The position numbers were made by a program, and so were the translations under genes. Below the pieces are notes generated by a model, which saw only the letters and a program-made list of their open reading frames with translations, had not been told where the DNA came from and did no database searches. From NCBI RefSeq assembly GCF_009914755.1, contig NC_060931.1: a stretch of DNA of 64,000 nt; one strand, given 5' to 3'. Source of the DNA: the human T2T-CHM13v2.0 reference genome, Homo sapiens. Shown here piece by piece: positions 53,761-64,000 of this stretch (the stretch's first letter is position 1; the number at the start of each line of letters is the position of its first letter).

Positions 53761-56667
53761 GTGATATTTTTCTTAATCGAAGGGAATTTAAGAATAATTA
53801 AAGGTTTTCAGAGACTAAGGATCCCACTTTAGGAATGGAGAAGTGGGTTAGTTAATCTGGTTACTAATTTTTCTCTCGTGTTGGTATTGGAAAACCTTTT
53901 TAGCTTTCCTTTTTTGTGGAGTTCGTTCATATTGTAATTGAATGGGAAGGTGTCTCCTGTTTTATTTGACACCTACCCGTCATATTATTTAAGTGTACTA
54001 TCATTAGTTTATAGAAGGATATTGTATTCAGCCTTTGTAATTTTCGGAGGATGATGAAAAAAATGTCAGCTTTGAATTTTTTAAAATAATTGAAAATATA
54101 TAGGTATGCTTTTGATGTAAGAGGTGAACAATGGAGAAAGGATAGGGGTTATGTTCGTAATTGTAATTTTTATTGTTGTGGGTTGGTGGATCTTCAGAAG
54201 TAAGTTAGAAAAGGAAATGATAGATTAACAGTAAGGAAAGAGAACAGTTTTCTCTGTTGCTTAGCAATTATACCCGTTATTAGGTTTTGCTTTAGCTTGA
54301 GTCTAATGGACTCCAGAAGTCCCTTGTTTTGTTTTCATCTTCAACTACCTTTATGGTCAAAATGACTGACTGCTTAGTCACAAAGTATCATGTTGAACAA
54401 TTTCACTAGGTTTTGTTTACTTCATGGCCAGCTAATGTTTTGATCATTATTTAGAAATGTTATGTGGTCAAATCATTACAAAATGTTTTCAACCAAAATG
54501 AATTGTTTAAAGGTAGAGATCATTTTGGTCACTTCCACCTAACATTTTGCTCGTCAGACTCACTTGAATGCCCCTTCTTTATAAATCTGAGGTCACTTTT
54601 TTCCCAAAAGAATATTAAAAATATTGGATTGGAGCATTTTTCAAACATTGTATTTGAGCTGCTAATCTAAGTTGGTTTGCAGTTTTTGTAATTTTCATAA
54701 ATTACAGGAGAAAAGCATTATCTTTGGATAAAAATACATAGCAATAACGACATTTACTGGTTCTTACTGTGTGCTAGACACAGTTCTAAGCACTGCACAT
54801 GGTTTTTCTAGTAGTCCAACAGAACTCCACGAGGTAAAAACTATTATCCTCACTTTACAAATGTATGTAATTTTATTAGTACTTCTTTCCATAGTGATAC
54901 AATTTGTTAGTAAAACAAAATTTCTTAAAATTAACTCATATAGTTTAGAGGATTCTGCCAAAATGACGTAAAATGTAAGTCGCAGTAGAAATACAAAGAC
55001 CTTTATTATGTCTCTGTTTATGCTGTAATATTCACACGATGGCAAATTAATAATGTGTATCATTTAATTATAAAAAGAAAAAGGTTTGACACCCTAGCTT
55101 TGTTAACTTGATAACACCAGAACTACTACTTTCATGCAATAGGAGAAAGAGGAAAAATTCCATTTAATTTTTCTGTATACTTATTAACAGTATAGGTGTC
55201 TATTGGCCCAATTATCTCGTATATCAACCTTCTATTTTTTTCATATACCTCTGAACAAAACAAAATCCATTGTATATAATCACCTTTGCAACAAAGATTT
55301 GCCACATTTTCCTGTGATTGCTGCCAGTGTATATCCTTATTATGCAAGAAAGCATAGAAAACATATGTTTAAGTAAAATTGTCATGGTTTCATGAAAGGA
55401 AATCCTAGAAGAGAGACCATCAAAAAGCAAAATGCGAACATTAGAATTGGTCTGGAAAGTTGGTGGTTCCCAAAATTAGAAGAATTAGAAAAGGAAGGGC
55501 TCCACATTTTTGAAATAGCCATCTATCACTAAATAAGATTTTAGCTCCAGATGCTGAAATTGGTAGATGTGGGGCTATTAAAAAAAAACAAACAACAAAA
55601 GGTGTGTTACATATGGATACCATTCATGTGGGTGCATTTAAATCAGTTCCCTTCTTAAATACTAAATGAACAGTAAAACCCTGATTTACTGGAACATAAT
55701 CAGAAATTTTTCTATGCTCTATTTGTATTAATGAGGAAAGCACAATTAAATAATTTATGTTGGGAAAATAGGAAAAACAAAACCACAGGTTAGCTAAACC
55801 TTTAACCTTATTGTCTCTAGGCAGTACAGTGCTGTGATTGAGATGGTTTAGGATGATGACTGGCATTGGAATCATCTCTATCCTGAAAGATTAATTTGGT
55901 CACCATTTCTGGCTAAAGGGTAATAGTGCATTTTAGAAATAAATTTTGGCAATGATTGATACACAAGAAAAGGTTTAACTCTTAGTAAACCAGAAAAATC
56001 AGTTAACCAGAACACCCATTTGTGAACATGCTTAATTGAACATTTACTGTAAAAAGAAAAATAAGTGATTAAGTGTGTTAATGTAACTATACTATTTGAG
56101 AATTCCATGGTATTTCATTGTTTGCGTATTTTTGATGAAATTTGTGAAAGACCTCCTGAAAATGGTGTTGATGAGTTAAGATCAAAGGACAAAATTATTG
56201 CATCAGTTTTGCATGTGGGTAGTTGATAATTTTCAGATTTTTTTTCACCTGAAAAAACAAAAAAGCTTAATCTTGATTGGGGGAGGGTGTTTATTCTTAA
56301 CTGTGAAAGAAAAGTGAGTCCATTTTCTTAAATTTGTTTTTGTAGGCTGTCAAGAGAAAATAAGAGCTGTACTTTTGATACCTACATAAAATACATAAAA
56401 TATTTTAGAATGGCATATAAGGTGATTCTTATTAAAAATATAGATCCATGTGTTTATATTTATACATATAAAATGAGTCATACCATAGTAAGTATTTGGG
56501 CTTCACAGTGCAAGAGGGAGCAGTTTGTAATAGGCATGGCGATTGCTTACTGTCCTTAACCTGAGCCTCTGGTTAAGGCTACACCCTGGACATGCCTAGG
56601 ATTCCTTATTAGTTTATTCTCACTAGTTTATTCCCTTTTGGATCATGTTTATGTTTTTCATTGGTAA

Positions 56668-63353
<6,686 letters not shown>

Positions 63354-64000
63354 TTAAAGAATGGCAGTATCTTGGAATAACTAATTTCTGATGAGTAACA
63401 TCTTCACAGTAAATACTACTCGGCTAAGTGGAAAGAAATATAATTTTGTCTTAAAATAATTATAGATTATTGTTTTAAACTGTCTTCAAATGTGAAACTG
63501 ATACCAAGTAGTTAGTTTTGAAAGCATTTGTGTACTGTTTCTGGGAGTTGTAAGAATCATATCAATTACTCATATTATTTTAGTTGATCATCCACACTTG
63601 CTGAGGGGTTAGAGCTTCCTTGGGAACTTCATAGGCTGGTTAACCTGTTTGTTTTGGCCTTATGTGAGGTCTGGTCCCTAAGGATCATCTCGATGTAGAG
63701 CTTTGGGCAAACTTGTTGACACCACCACAAAGTAAATTCTACTTGCAAAACACAAATACCAGTGGATTTAGGGTTTTGTAGACCAATAATAGTATGATAT
63801 TACATGTACAATAAAAACATAAAATAATCTTTTAAAGCAAACTGGGGGAGGGGAGAGGGCCTTAAAGGGCAAGGAGGAATTCCTAGCTCAAATAATAATT
63901 TCTTTATTGCAGTTACCCATTCTGATCACTTGCTGTGACATGCCCTTTTAATTCCTTGGCCTCTTTGAATTGAATAAATTCTCTTCAGCCTTCTTTAATG

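Overview
Primate genomic DNA, almost certainly human because it carries a near-consensus AluYb8. The gene pair matches the TTC26(IFT56)-UBN2 interval, which I recall is at 7q34. The left end holds the last four coding exons and 3' UTR of TTC26/IFT56 (+ strand). The right end holds the CpG-island promoter and coding exons 1-2 of UBN2 (+ strand). The ~39 kb between them is densely repetitive: dozens of Alus, a 5'-truncated L1PA3-like element with a 17-bp TSD, a nested L1MA-in-L1 stack, MaLR/ERV solo LTRs, MADE1 and an SVA_A. It also holds two head-to-head processed pseudogenes (RPL37A, MZT1). Most ORFs in the supplied track are Alu, SVA or GC-rich artefacts. I found no wholly new gene system. 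Best leads: (1) a human-specific AluYb8 forms an inverted Alu pair around a frameshifting TTC26 exon; (2) UBN2 has a strong-Kozak uORF and a competing poison splice donor; (3) short locally templated duplications and fold-back insertions recur across the window. Family assignments come from remembered consensus sequences, not from a search.
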